DNA of 41,686 nucleotides. Origin: a virus (Duplodnaviria; Caudoviricetes). The position numbers and the translations under genes were made by a program. The notes under the pieces were generated by a model. It did no database searches and had not been told where the DNA came from. It worked only from the letters and a program-made list of their open reading frames with translations. Below are positions 33,320 through 41,686 of this stretch, in pieces; the stretch's first letter is position 1; each line of letters opens with the position of its first letter. The DNA lies in the IMG/VR virus record IMGVR_UViG_3300033565_000017, positions 1 to 41,686 of that record; one strand, 5' to 3'.

Positions 33320-34353
33320 TAGAGAGGGGGTTGGAGGCTGCCGTAGCGGGCGCGGACCAGGCCGGAGGTGGCGAATGCCTGGCGGGGGGTCTGGTTCTCG
33401 CGGGAGCGGGTTTCGCGGGTGTCCTTGCCGCGGGCCTTGGCGAGGCATAGCTCATGCGAGCGGAGGTAGCCCTCGGCGGCTCCCTGGCTGCCGGTGAGCT
33501 TAGGCGCGAGGCGGGCGGCGAGCAGGAAGGCGACGGCATCAACAAAGGTGTTGGGCCATTCGCCAACCGGGGCGGCGGATGAGATGTAGGAGATGGATGG
33601 CGGATCGTCGGTGGTGGCGTCGTACCCGGTGCGGAGCATGAGGTGGCGGCCCTGGATGTCGAAACGGGAATGGTCGATGTCGTCGATGTCGGCCTCGTTG
33701 ATGCGGATGAGGCGGACAAGATCGGAGGGCAGGTAGAATGCGGAACCCCAGCCGGGAGGGATCAGGCCGGGGGTGAAGGTGAGGGCCGGGTTGCCGGTTG
33801 CCGGGGAGACGGCGGTATTGGTCCAATCCAGGACGGAGGGGTCGTAGACATCGGAGGGGACGCCTTCGGCGATGTACCATTCGGTGGCGACGGCGTCGAC
33901 GTAGCGGATGAGGTTGGCGGAGTTGGTAATGGTGGGGGCGGTGATGTGACCGACGGCGCAAACGTAATAGGTGCCGGTGGTTGGCGGGGTGATGAAGTCC
34001 CCGTCGGGGCGGACTCCGGTGTCGGTGAAATAGCGGGCGGTGCCGGTGAAGGGGGTGGGAAGCTGCAGGATGCCGGTATCGAGCAGGGTGGGGAAGGTGA
34101 CGGCGGTGGAGCCGTCGCTGGTGAGGGTGCCGGCGACGGTGAGCGTGTCCACGCCAGGGGCGGCGAGCAGTTCCGCCGTTCTTGTGGCGAAGGCCCAGAC
34201 ATGGCCCTCGAGGATGCCTTCCACACAGCGCGGGAGGTGGAGGCGGACGGCCTCGGCGGTGGTGCCGCTGTCGGTGGCGTAGTCGTCGAGGTAGGGCTCG
34301 CCGAGGTGGTCGAGGGCGAGATTGGCGAGGGCGGTGAGATCCGGGAGGGGCAT
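33319..34353 (-). CDS. Tail tubular protein A (adaptor), 344 aa, with an insertion
   Basis: LANLALDHLG...HVWAFAT...AFYLPSDLVRL...FVDAVAFLLAARLA. Confidence 0.85.
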   Translation of the reverse strand: MPLPDLTALANLALDHLGEPYLDDYATDSGTTAEAVRLHLPRCVEGILEGHVWAFATRTAELLAAPGVDTLTVAGTLTSDGSTAVTFPTLLDTGILQLPTPFTGTARYFTDTGVRPDGDFITPPTTGTYYVCAVGHITAPTITNSANLIRYVDAVATEWYIAEGVPSDVYDPSVLDWTNTAVSPATGNPALTFTPGLIPPGWGSAFYLPSDLVRLIRINEADIDDIDHSRFDIQGRHLMLRTGYDATTDDPPSISYISSAAPVGEWPNTFVDAVAFLLAARLAPKLTGSQGAAEGYLRSHELCLAKARGKDTRETRSRENQTPRQAFATSGLVRARYGSLQPPL

Positions 34354-34370
34354 GGCAGGAAAGTGGGTTG

Positions 34371-34408
34371 CAAAGGAAAGCCCGCGCCCCATGGATGAGG
34401 CGCGGGCG
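34371..34408 (-). terminator. Intrinsic terminator after the capsid genes
   Basis: GCCCGCGCC...GGCGCGGGC stem followed on the minus strand by TTTCCTTT. Confidence 0.7.
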
Positions 34409-34439
34409 ATCCGGTTACGGGTTGGCGCCCGCGTTAGGG

Positions 34440-34919
34440 TCAGCTAACGTACAGGGCGATGCAGAATTGGATCACGGTGGCATCGACTGCCGTGGTGACC
34501 TTGACGGTTGCGATCACATCTTCCTGGGTGGAGATGGTGATGGGATCGGTGATGCCGAGCGGGGCGGTGCCGGAGACGTCGAAGGCGACCTTGCCGCCGG
34601 TGGTGGCGGCGGTGGTGAGCGCCAGGGCATCGGCAAGGCTGTCCGGATTGGAAGCGGTGCCGACGTCGAGGGTGAGGGCGGTGCCGGGGTCGGTCTCGCA
34701 ATACAACCACGACCATTCCGGAGCGAAGACCGCGCCCGGAGGCAGCAGCTTGGCGGGAACGAGCGTGAGCGTGTCATCGGCGGACGGGGTGGCGGGGCAG
34801 GTGACCTGGCCGCGGATGAAGATCAGACCGGCGCAGTACTCCACGCCCTTCAGGGAATAGGCGGGGCTGGTGGCTGCGGCGGCCAGTTTGGTGACTAGGG
34901 CGGAATTGGTGTTGGCCAT
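34440..34919 (-). CDS. Capsid decoration/cement-like protein, 159 aa
   Basis: Beta-rich ORF immediately after the major capsid gene. Confidence 0.65.
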   Translation of the reverse strand: MANTNSALVTKLAAAATSPAYSLKGVEYCAGLIFIRGQVTCPATPSADDTLTLVPAKLLPPGAVFAPEWSWLYCETDPGTALTLDVGTASNPDSLADALALTTAATTGGKVAFDVSGTAPLGITDPITISTQEDVIATVKVTTAVDATVIQFCIALYVS

Positions 34920-34967
34920 GATGTTGGGTCAGTTTGTGGTGGTGGTGGTGGTGGCTGGGGTGATGGC

Positions 34968-35933
34968 TCAGACGGTGCAGTCGATGCGGACAACCTTCTT
35001 TTCCTGGTCGCGGCCGGCCCCGATCATGTACTGGGTCAGGAACTGGGTGGCGTTGGAGATGTCCGGCCGGCGGTCGACGGTGGCGCTGGCGTCCTGCCAG
35101 ATACCGAATTCAACGGCGCTGGAGGTGTAGAGCGGCACGATCTTGGCGCTGACGGTATCGCTGCCGGCGGAGCCGACAACGGTGTCGGTCGTGAGGCTGT
35201 TGTAGACCACGAAGTTGACGGCGCCCCAGCGGGTGATGAAGCCTTTTTCGTTGTAGACGGGCGGGCCGCCGAAGTCGGTGGAATAGAGGCGGTCGCCGGA
35301 GGCCTTGTTGGCTTCCTGGCGGATGCGGCTTTCCTCCTTGGCGTCGATCACGCACCAGAGCATTTCACCGGCGGCTGCGACGTCCTCATTCCAGGCCTCG
35401 AAGGCGGAGAGGATGCGGATGGCCTCGATGAGCTTGGGAGCGGTGAAGCCGGCGTCGGTATCGCTGCCGGTGTGCACGAAGTCAACGGGCACGGTGTTGG
35501 CGGCGGCGAGGTTGGTGGCGGAGGTGGCACCGAGCAGGCCCACATAGGACGCGCCGACGATGCCGGACATGATGACCGAATCGCAATCGCGGAGGTAGGC
35601 GCGTTCGTGGGCCACCAGGTGTTTGCCGCCTCCCATGATGGAGGGGGCGAGCTTCACCTCGTCGAAGACATCCTCGAAGGTGGGGGTCTGGAAGCTGCGC
35701 GGGTAGTACCAGCGGCCGTCCACTTGCAGTTCCTGCACGTTGACGACTTTGAAGCGCTGGCCGGTGGTTTCCTGGCTGGAGGTGGGCAGGACGAATTGGA
35801 CCTGCTTGGCGGTCCCGGTGACGCCGCGGGCGACCTGGACGGTTTTCATGAGGCGACTGTCCTTCTGCTGGACAGTGTCCTTGAAGTTGTCGGCAAACAT
35901 CTGCCGGAAGGCGGAGGTGATCTCGTAAGACAT
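34968..35933 (-). CDS. Major capsid protein, 321 aa
   Basis: MSYEITSAFRQMFADNF...QQKDSRL...GAGRDQEKKVVRIDC; follows the scaffold gene. Confidence 0.9.
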   Translation of the reverse strand: MSYEITSAFRQMFADNFKDTVQQKDSRLMKTVQVARGVTGTAKQVQFVLPTSSQETTGQRFKVVNVQELQVDGRWYYPRSFQTPTFEDVFDEVKLAPSIMGGGKHLVAHERAYLRDCDSVIMSGIVGASYVGLLGATSATNLAAANTVPVDFVHTGSDTDAGFTAPKLIEAIRILSAFEAWNEDVAAAGEMLWCVIDAKEESRIRQEANKASGDRLYSTDFGGPPVYNEKGFITRWGAVNFVVYNSLTTDTVVGSAGSDTVSAKIVPLYTSSAVEFGIWQDASATVDRRPDISNATQFLTQYMIGAGRDQEKKVVRIDCTV

Positions 35934-35980
35934 GGCGGTAGAATGGTGTTAGGTTGGGGAAACGGAGGCGGTTGGTGGGT

Positions 35981-36068
35981 CCGGCTCGATTGTCCGCTGC
36001 GGTGCGGGTCGGTCCTATCCTGTCCGGGATGGGGCTCCGGCCGTGGGCAGGCCCTAACGGGTTGTCTG
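35981..36068 (-). promoter_or_regulatory. Structured 5' leader of the capsid gene
   Basis: Two hairpins share the same ACAA/C internal loop (36048-36068 and 35987-36011). Confidence 0.5.
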
Positions 36069-36115
36069 TCTGGCGAGGTGCGGGGGTAGAATGCGCTTGG
36101 AACGGGGGAAGCGGG

Positions 36116-36130
36116 AATTGAAGCGGGGAA
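36116..36130 (-). promoter_or_regulatory. Conserved motif TTCCCCGCTTCAATT (putative late promoter element)
   Basis: Upstream of the capsid leader. Confidence 0.6.
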
Positions 36131-36144
36131 AAGTGCTTGGTTAT

Positions 36145-36168
36145 CAGTGGGCAGTGATCAGTGATCAG
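36145..36168. repeat. Heptamer tandem repeat, copy 4
   Basis: CAGTGGGCAGTGATCAGTGATCAG. Confidence 0.8.
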
Positions 36169-36180
36169 AGGGGGAAATAC

Positions 36181-36213
36181 GAAAGCCGGAGTGTTTCGCT
36201 CCGGCTTTCTTTT
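36181..36213. terminator. Hairpin terminator, possibly bidirectional
   Basis: GAAAGCCGGAG-TGTTTCG-CTCCGGCTTTC followed by TTTT. Confidence 0.65.
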
Positions 36214-36288
36214 GATGTGTGCTGGTGGGTTGCGGTTACTTCATAGGGTTGGGGGTTGGGTTCAATCCGGTGCTGTGCCGGGAGAGTG

Positions 36289-37194
36289 TCATGCCTGCAT
36301 TTCGTAGAGGCCTTTGATGTGCTGGTAGGCTTTGGCCTTTTCGGTGTCGTTCTTGGAGTTGTAGAGCGGCGACCAGACGGGATCGTTGCCGGCTTTGATG
36401 TCGGCGATCTTTTGGGCGGGGCTGCGGAGGTCGCCGAAGCCGAGGGGCACGGTGGTGCGGTCCTCGGCGGTGAGCTTGGAGACCTGGAGCATGATGCGGG
36501 CGGCGGCCGGGTTGTTGACCATGGCGGCGAGGGCGGGGTCGTCCGGGGTGACACCGGCGATCTCGGCGAGCTTGGTGATGGTGTGGCGGACGGTGGCGGC
36601 GTTGGTCTGGAAGTCGCCGCGCCAGTCGCGGACCAGGGCGTCCTGGCTTTCCTTGACGGCCTGGGCGTGTTCGTCGGCCTGGGCCTGGGCACGGGCGGCG
36701 ATGATCTCGGTGTATTTGGCGGCGAGCGCTTTGAGGGCGGCGGGCGGGGTGTGGGTGGCGTGGGCGACGGTGGAGATTTCCTTGGCGAGATCGGCATCGA
36801 GTTCCATGCCTTCCGGGAGCTTGAGGGATTCCGCGAGTTGATAGCCTTCCGGGGTTTCCGGGACGCCGGCGATGGAGCGGAAGCGGGAGACGGCTTTCTC
36901 GTCGGTGGGGTCGGCCGGGTAGGCGGCGCCGTTCTTGCGGTGGTAGTCGAGTTCGGTGAGGATGCTGCGGATGTTCTTGTGCTTGCCGAGATCCGCGGCA
37001 TGGGGCGCGAATTCATCGCCGAGGGCGAGGAACCATTTATCCGCGAGGGTGCCGTCGGGGCCGATGGCGGGCGGGGGCGGGGTGGTGGTCTGCTGGGTGG
37101 TTTCCGTGGTGATCGGAGCGGCAGCGGTTTCGGTGGTGGTAGCGGCAGGGGCGGAGGTTGTCGCCTGGGCGGACTCCGTGGTTGTTTCGGTCAT
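36289..37194 (-). CDS. Capsid scaffolding protein, 301 aa
   Basis: Thr/Ala-rich N-terminus, GVPETPEGY, LVRDWRGDF; between portal and capsid. Confidence 0.85.
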   Translation of the reverse strand: MTETTTESAQATTSAPAATTTETAAAPITTETTQQTTTPPPPAIGPDGTLADKWFLALGDEFAPHAADLGKHKNIRSILTELDYHRKNGAAYPADPTDEKAVSRFRSIAGVPETPEGYQLAESLKLPEGMELDADLAKEISTVAHATHTPPAALKALAAKYTEIIAARAQAQADEHAQAVKESQDALVRDWRGDFQTNAATVRHTITKLAEIAGVTPDDPALAAMVNNPAAARIMLQVSKLTAEDRTTVPLGFGDLRSPAQKIADIKAGNDPVWSPLYNSKNDTEKAKAYQHIKGLYEMQA

Positions 37195-37211
37195 GGGGTT
37201 GGTTTGGTTAG

Positions 37212-37228
37212 CAGTGATCAGTGATCAG
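37212..37228. repeat. Heptamer tandem repeat, copy 5
   Basis: CAGTGATCAGTGATCAG. Confidence 0.8.
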
Positions 37229-37245
37229 AGAAGAATGGAAAGGGG

Positions 37246-37281
37246 TGCGCCCGGGGTGGAACCAAGAGAAGTCCCCGGGCG
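37246..37281 (-). terminator. Hairpin upstream of the scaffold gene
   Basis: GCGCCCGGGG...CCCCGGGCGC 10-bp stem followed by a pyrimidine tract on the minus strand. Confidence 0.4.
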
Positions 37282-37294
37282 CCTGTCGGTGCCT

Positions 37295-37510
37295 TCACCG
37301 GCAGAGGGATGCCAGGCGCTCGAGCGCGGGGCGGGCGGCAGGGTTGCGGCCGTGGATGGCGAGCATCTGGGCGGGGCGCTGGCCGTAGCGGCGGAGGAAT
37401 TCGTCGTCCGGATCGTGGGCGGCGCTCCAGAGGAAACACTCAAGGCTTTTGTTTCCCAGGACGGGCGCGCCCAAGGGCCTTGGGGATGACGGGGGGATCG
37501 GCACGGCCAT
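37295..37510 (-). CDS. Hypothetical protein, 71 aa
   Basis: MAVPIPP...LGNKSLECFLW...EFLRRYG, the protein-like C-terminal half of ORF 37295..37747. Confidence 0.5.
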   Translation of the reverse strand: MAVPIPPSSPRPLGAPVLGNKSLECFLWSAAHDPDDEFLRRYGQRPAQMLAIHGRNPAARPALERLASLCR

Positions 37511-37760
37511 GCTCGGTGCGGGCTCGGGCAAGGTTGGCTTCGATTTCGAGGACGACGCTTTTGCGACCGTCCTGGAAGAAGGTGGCAAAGGGCTGGTCTC
37601 CACCGGGGCGGTAGGCTGGGGAGCCGGTGGCGGCGGCGGTGTGTAGGTAGGCAAGGACGCGCTTTCCGTCGGGGGCGGAGAAGGTGGAAAGGAAATCGGC
37701 GAGAAGTTCGCGGGTGCGGTCGGCTGCGGTTTTGGTTTGGCTGGCATCGGGTTCTGGCAT
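37440..37760 (-). CDS. Bbp19-like head-associated protein, 106 aa
   Basis: TFSAPDGKRVLAYL...DGRKSVVLEI; directly after the portal. Confidence 0.75.
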   Translation of the reverse strand: MPEPDASQTKTAADRTRELLADFLSTFSAPDGKRVLAYLHTAAATGSPAYRPGGDQPFATFFQDGRKSVVLEIEANLARARTEHGRADPPVIPKALGRARPGKQKP

Positions 37761-37769
37761 GGTGGCGGG

Positions 37770-39434
37770 TTATTGGGAGATCATGGAGACGGCCTTGGCG
37801 GTCTCGTCGACTCCGCCGAGGTTGCGGACGGCCTGGGTGGCGTTGGCGGCTTGTTGGGCGGCTGCGGCCTGCTGCTCCTGCTGGGCGATGGCGGCGAGTT
37901 GTTCCGGGGTGCGGAGGAATGCGGTGACCGGGAGGCCGGCGGAGCGGATGAGGTGGGCGGGGATCGACTCGGGATCGAGGGCGCGGAGCCAGGTTGGATC
38001 GAGCGCGGCGAGCGGTTGGAGGATGGAGAGGATTTCCGCGAAGCGGGAGAGGTGGGTCTGCTCCAGGGCCATCGCCATCGCCGAGATGTATTCGACATCG
38101 GGGTCGGCGATGAAGCGGCCGAGTTCGTCCTGGCCGATGACGGACGGCGGGGGAGGCGGCATCTCGCCCTGGGAGAGCAGCATGGAGAAGCAGCGCCGCA
38201 GGACCGGGGTGTGGAATTCCCGGACCATGTTGGAATAGATTGGGTGAAAGAGTTCGCGGCTCTCGGAGACGATGGCGTTGACCTGGGTGGCGGTGGCGTC
38301 GGCCGGGAGTTGGGAGATCGCGTTGAAGAGGGAGGTGAAGAATGCGGACTCGATGGCTTTCTTCTTGGCCTCGGCGCGGTCCTTGGCGACATCGTAGCGG
38401 GCCCCGGTCATCCACTCCCGCGGCTGGGCGTCGGCCGGGAGTTGGGGGTCGAAGCTGGTCATGCCGCCGGGGCCGAATGCGATGTCGTCCTTCATGCCGG
38501 CCGGGTAGAGGATCGGCGGATTGGCGAGCTTTTCGGCAACGTAGTCGATGAGTTGCTCGGCGAAGTTGGCTTGGTAGGCTTCCGGGAGGGCGTAGTCGCC
38601 GGGGCCCCAGCCGTAGGGGTTGAGCGGGTGCGTCTGCCAGCGGGAGACGGCGACCGGGCAGGAATCAAAGCCGGACTCGAAGAGGATGGTGCGGAGATCC
38701 GTGTGGATGTGGATGGAGGCGATGGGTTTGTTGGCGCCGTCCATGCGGCGGGGGTCGCGGTCCTGGCGGGGACGGATGCAATGGAGGATCTTCTCGGTCT
38801 TCTTGTGGCGGGTGGCGGCGTCGTCGAATTTGGCCTTGGTGTCCTTTGGGAGTTGGTCGTAGCCGTACTGGTGGGCCATTTGGGCAGGAGTTCGGAAATA
38901 CTCCCTGAAGATCGTGTCGATTTCGTCGAGGGAGTTCTCGGCGACGGCGAAGGTGCCGACGGGGATGGCGCGGAAGTGGAGGCCGCGGCCGGCGGTGCCG
39001 GATGTGACCTCGAGGGCGGAGATGCCGTAGCCTCCGCGCTGTTGGTAGCATTCGAATGCGCGGTTGTAGAAATTGGATTGGGAGAGCTTGAGCGCCAGGA
39101 TCTCCGTACAGCGGGCGTACCAGTTGAGGGCCTGCTGGTTGCCGGCGAGGTGGGACGGCGGGCGGAGGACCATCCAGCGGGCTCCCATGGGGGTGATGCG
39201 CGAGGCCTGGCCGGTGGCGAGGATGTTGCATGAGCGCATGGCGGTGCCGTCGTAGTTCATGGCGACCCTAGCGCGGTCTGGCTGGGAGCCGGCGATGGGG
39301 TGGCGGCTGGATGAGATCGAGCCGGAGGCGGGGAAACAGACGGCGCCGAGTTCGTCCCAGCGTTCCTCCTGTTGGGTGCGCTCCGCGGCGAGCGGAGCGT
39401 ATTCGTCGAGCAGGCGGGTGGCGAGGTCTGACAT
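37770..39434 (-). CDS. Portal (head-tail connector) protein, 554 aa
   Basis: YDGTA...SNFY...VSRW...YGWGPG..ALP...TATQV, T7 gp8/BPP-1-type pattern. Confidence 0.93.
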   Translation of the reverse strand: MSDLATRLLDEYAPLAAERTQQEERWDELGAVCFPASGSISSSRHPIAGSQPDRARVAMNYDGTAMRSCNILATGQASRITPMGARWMVLRPPSHLAGNQQALNWYARCTEILALKLSQSNFYNRAFECYQQRGGYGISALEVTSGTAGRGLHFRAIPVGTFAVAENSLDEIDTIFREYFRTPAQMAHQYGYDQLPKDTKAKFDDAATRHKKTEKILHCIRPRQDRDPRRMDGANKPIASIHIHTDLRTILFESGFDSCPVAVSRWQTHPLNPYGWGPGDYALPEAYQANFAEQLIDYVAEKLANPPILYPAGMKDDIAFGPGGMTSFDPQLPADAQPREWMTGARYDVAKDRAEAKKKAIESAFFTSLFNAISQLPADATATQVNAIVSESRELFHPIYSNMVREFHTPVLRRCFSMLLSQGEMPPPPPSVIGQDELGRFIADPDVEYISAMAMALEQTHLSRFAEILSILQPLAALDPTWLRALDPESIPAHLIRSAGLPVTAFLRTPEQLAAIAQQEQQAAAAQQAANATQAVRNLGGVDETAKAVSMISQ

Positions 39435-39436
39435 GG

Positions 39437-39619
39437 TTACGAGCCGAGCGTGGTCTTGCCGGCGTAGGGGTTGATGGGCGAGAGGATGGTGTCCGCGAAG
39501 TTGTAGCGCTTGCCGGCGCGGCGCTGTTCGTCAAGGGAGGCGTTCTCCTGCTCAAGTCCCGTGGATGAGACCGGCGGCGGGGTGGGAGGCGGCGGCGGCG
39601 GGGCTTTCGGCTTGGTCAT
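39437..39619 (-). CDS. Small virion protein preceding the portal, 60 aa
   Basis: Pro-rich N-terminus and TIL...KTTLGS C-terminus. Confidence 0.7.
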   Translation of the reverse strand: MTKPKAPPPPPPTPPPVSSTGLEQENASLDEQRRAGKRYNFADTILSPINPYAGKTTLGS

Positions 39620-39968
39620 GGCGGCGGATGAGGCGGTGGGCTGGGATCACTCTGAGGCGGCGGCCATCGCGGCGGAACCATGACAGCCAGGGAAGCGGGT
39701 GGATGGCATGGAGTTCCTTGAGGGCGTCCAGGCGTCCGGCGGCGAGGTAAATGTGCCATGCGTCGGGCGGGCCGGAGAATTGAAGCGGGGAAAGGATGCG
39801 GAGGGATTCGGTGGGGGTGTCCATCCGGTAGGGGATGGCGAGGATGAAGGCGTGGCGGTGGGAGATGACGGCGCCGTGGGCGAGGCAGAATGAGATTAGG
39901 ACGTCAAAGGTTACTTCCGGCTGCGGGGGGGCGTGGTAGAGGTGGCGGGCGGTTTGGTATGGAGTCAT
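39552..39968 (-). CDS. Hypothetical protein, 138 aa
   Basis: MTPYQTA...AFILA...DAWHIYLAAG...LPWLSWFRR. Confidence 0.7.
   Translation of the reverse strand: MTPYQTARHLYHAPPQPEVTFDVLISFCLAHGAVISHRHAFILAIPYRMDTPTESLRILSPLQFSGPPDAWHIYLAAGRLDALKELHAIHPLPWLSWFRRDGRRLRVIPAHRLIRRHDQAESPAAAASHPAAGLIHGT
39778..39792 (-). promoter_or_regulatory. Conserved motif TTCCCCGCTTCAATT (putative late promoter element)
   Basis: Inside the 138-aa gene, upstream of the portal operon. Confidence 0.55.
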
Positions 39969-39992
39969 CAGTGGACAGTGATCAGTGATCAG
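39969..39992. repeat. Heptamer tandem repeat, copy 6
   Basis: CAGTGGACAGTGATCAGTGATCAG. Confidence 0.8.
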
Positions 39993-40025
39993 GGTTGGAG
40001 ATTTCCAGTTCTTCAATCTGGCGGA

Positions 40026-40412
40026 TCATTGATGGCTGGGGGTGTTTGATGGCAGGTTTGCGGTATCGAATAGCATCTTCATGGCTATCTGGGTTTGGTA
40101 TCGTCCCTGGACCTTGTGGAGATTCACGATAGCGGCTTTCAGCGAGTCCCGCTCGGATGCCGCTGATTCGTGCATGTCTCTAAATGTATCGCCTCTGGCG
40201 GTGGAGTTGAGTAGCTTGATCTCCAGGGCGTCCCGCTCGGCTTTTACAGCGGCGAGGGCGGTCTGCATCTGTTGCTCCAGCCATGCGGCGGTGGTGCCGA
40301 GGTCGTTGTCGCGGAGGATTTTCAGGAGGCGGGGCAGGACCAGGCGGAGGCGGAGGTCTTGGAGATCAGCGGCGGAGGGTTCCTTTGGCGGCGGGTTTGC
40401 GGGGTTGTTCAT
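40026..40412 (-). CDS. Coiled-coil hypothetical protein, 128 aa
   Basis: ORF overlapping the end of terL. Confidence 0.6.
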   Translation of the reverse strand: MNNPANPPPKEPSAADLQDLRLRLVLPRLLKILRDNDLGTTAAWLEQQMQTALAAVKAERDALEIKLLNSTARGDTFRDMHESAASERDSLKAAIVNLHKVQGRYQTQIAMKMLFDTANLPSNTPSHQ

Positions 40413-41564
40413 GGTTGGAGTCGGGGTTGATGAGATTGGCGGCGTGGGCCTCGCCGAATGTCCTGAATGCGTCGGCGGAGTGGGAGAAGAGATCGTGCTT
40501 GGGAAGTTCGCGGATGTGGCCGGCGGCGGCGGCGCCGGTGTCCTTGCTGTAGCCTTCGAGGCAGGCGACGCCGGAGGGGAATTCCTCGTTGGCGGAGTCG
40601 TCGGGTTGATGGGGGGTGCCGTCGCGGTTGCGGGAGGTGTCGCAATGGGTCTTGTTGAACCAGCAGTGGGGGAGGGCGGTGCGGGTGTGGCCGATGCCGA
40701 GCCATTTGTCCGGGGTGCGGGGGACGATGCGGATGTTTTTCAAACCGCATAGGTCAAGCTCCTGGCGGTAGCTGCGGCCGGTGCCGGGGGCGCGGGTGTC
40801 GGCGTCGTGCGGGAGGTAGTGGAGGGAGATCGGGCGGTTCCATTTGTTTTCCCAGCGGAGCATCTGGTCGGCCATGGCGGAGGCGGCCCTGCCTTCGCAC
40901 TCGAACCAGTCGAGGACCAGGAACCAGCGGCCGACGGGTTGGATGAGCCAGACGGCGGTATAGTCGCTGAGGCCGATGTCCCAGAATGTGAAAAGCGGGT
41001 GGCGGGCCTCGGCGGAGAAATCGCAAATGCGGCCGGCGGCTCGGAGGTCGGCCATTTCGGTGCCGTAGATGGCTCCGTCCCGGATGGCCTCGAAGGCTTC
41101 GCCGGGGGTGGAGGGGAATTCCTTTTTCATCCCGTGGCCCTGCTCCTGGTGCTTGTGGTCGTACCATAGCATCTGGCCGAGTTCCAGGTTGATCGAGGCG
41201 GTCGTCCGGAGGTTGGTGAAATATTTTACGATTTCCGGCCGGAGCTTGAAGGCCTTGGGCTCGATGCGGTAGCGGGGATCGCGGAACCAGGGGAAGAAAT
41301 GGAATCTGCTTTGGATGGGTGAGAGGTTGTAGCGGTCGGCGCGCATGGATAGCTGGAGCAGGCGGTAGTGTTCGCCGAGCTTGCCTCCTTCGTGGGTGCT
41401 TTCCATGTTGCGGATGTTGCCTGGGGTCATGGAGTTGAATGCGCCGTTGATGATTTCCCGGGCCTTGATGGGGGCCCAGATCGCGGTCTTGCCCATTTCG
41501 CTGAGATGGATGCGCTGGGGGGTGTCGCCGCGCAGCGAGGTGGAACAGCGGGCGATTGAGCCGT
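40366..41564 (-). CDS. terL: Terminase large subunit, C-terminal part
   Basis: Walker B IHLSE, MEST coupling motif, nuclease motifs FWDIGLSDYTAVW, YLPHDA and HSADAFR. Confidence 0.93.
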
Positions 41565-41686
41565 TGCCCCATTTGAGGATGCGGGCGGATGATTGGATGA
41601 GCGGGACGGCGGATTTGACGGAGGCGCCGAGCCGGCCGGTGTCGGGGTTGCGGAGTGGATCGTCGGAGTTTGACCAGCCAGGTGTC
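41565..41686. repeat. Terminal overlap, right copy (exact for 57 nt, then degrading)
   Basis: Aligns without gaps to 1-122, with mismatches accumulating toward the end. Confidence 0.9.

Noticed and set aside
41622-41686. Diverged copy of bases 58-122 as a DGR template/variable repeat pair
   Set aside because: Mismatches involve all bases rather than only adenines, increase toward the contig end, and no reverse transcriptase gene is present. A low-quality contig end is the simplest explanation.

Overview
The window is an apparently complete, circularly permuted temperate podovirus-type phage genome of about 41.56 kb. Bases 41565-41621 repeat bases 1-57, and the large terminase gene runs across the ends. 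Almost all genes are on the minus strand. The modules are: packaging (terS, terL); head (portal, scaffold, major capsid); T7/BPP-1-like tail tubular A/B and ejection proteins, including a 2550-aa polyvalent protein; tailspike; lysis; a tyrosine integrase; a divergent ribbon-helix-helix switch; and replication/recombination genes (initiator, DnaC-like ATPase, RusA, DEDDh exonuclease). A Verrucomicrobia-type host is my inference from gene and attC style only. The most striking feature lies between terS and terL (759-3438): an attI-like site followed by six integron-type gene cassettes. Each cassette has an attC whose R'' box is the exact complement of that cassette's own core site, and there is no integron integrase in the genome. 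The cassette genes point opposite to the usual cassette orientation. Five of six cross the recombination point with AAC read in frame, and every attC supplies an in-frame stop 13-15 codons later, often overlapping the next start codon. This looks like a shuffle-proof, translationally coupled cassette system built into a phage operon. All family assignments are from motif recognition by eye; no searches were run.
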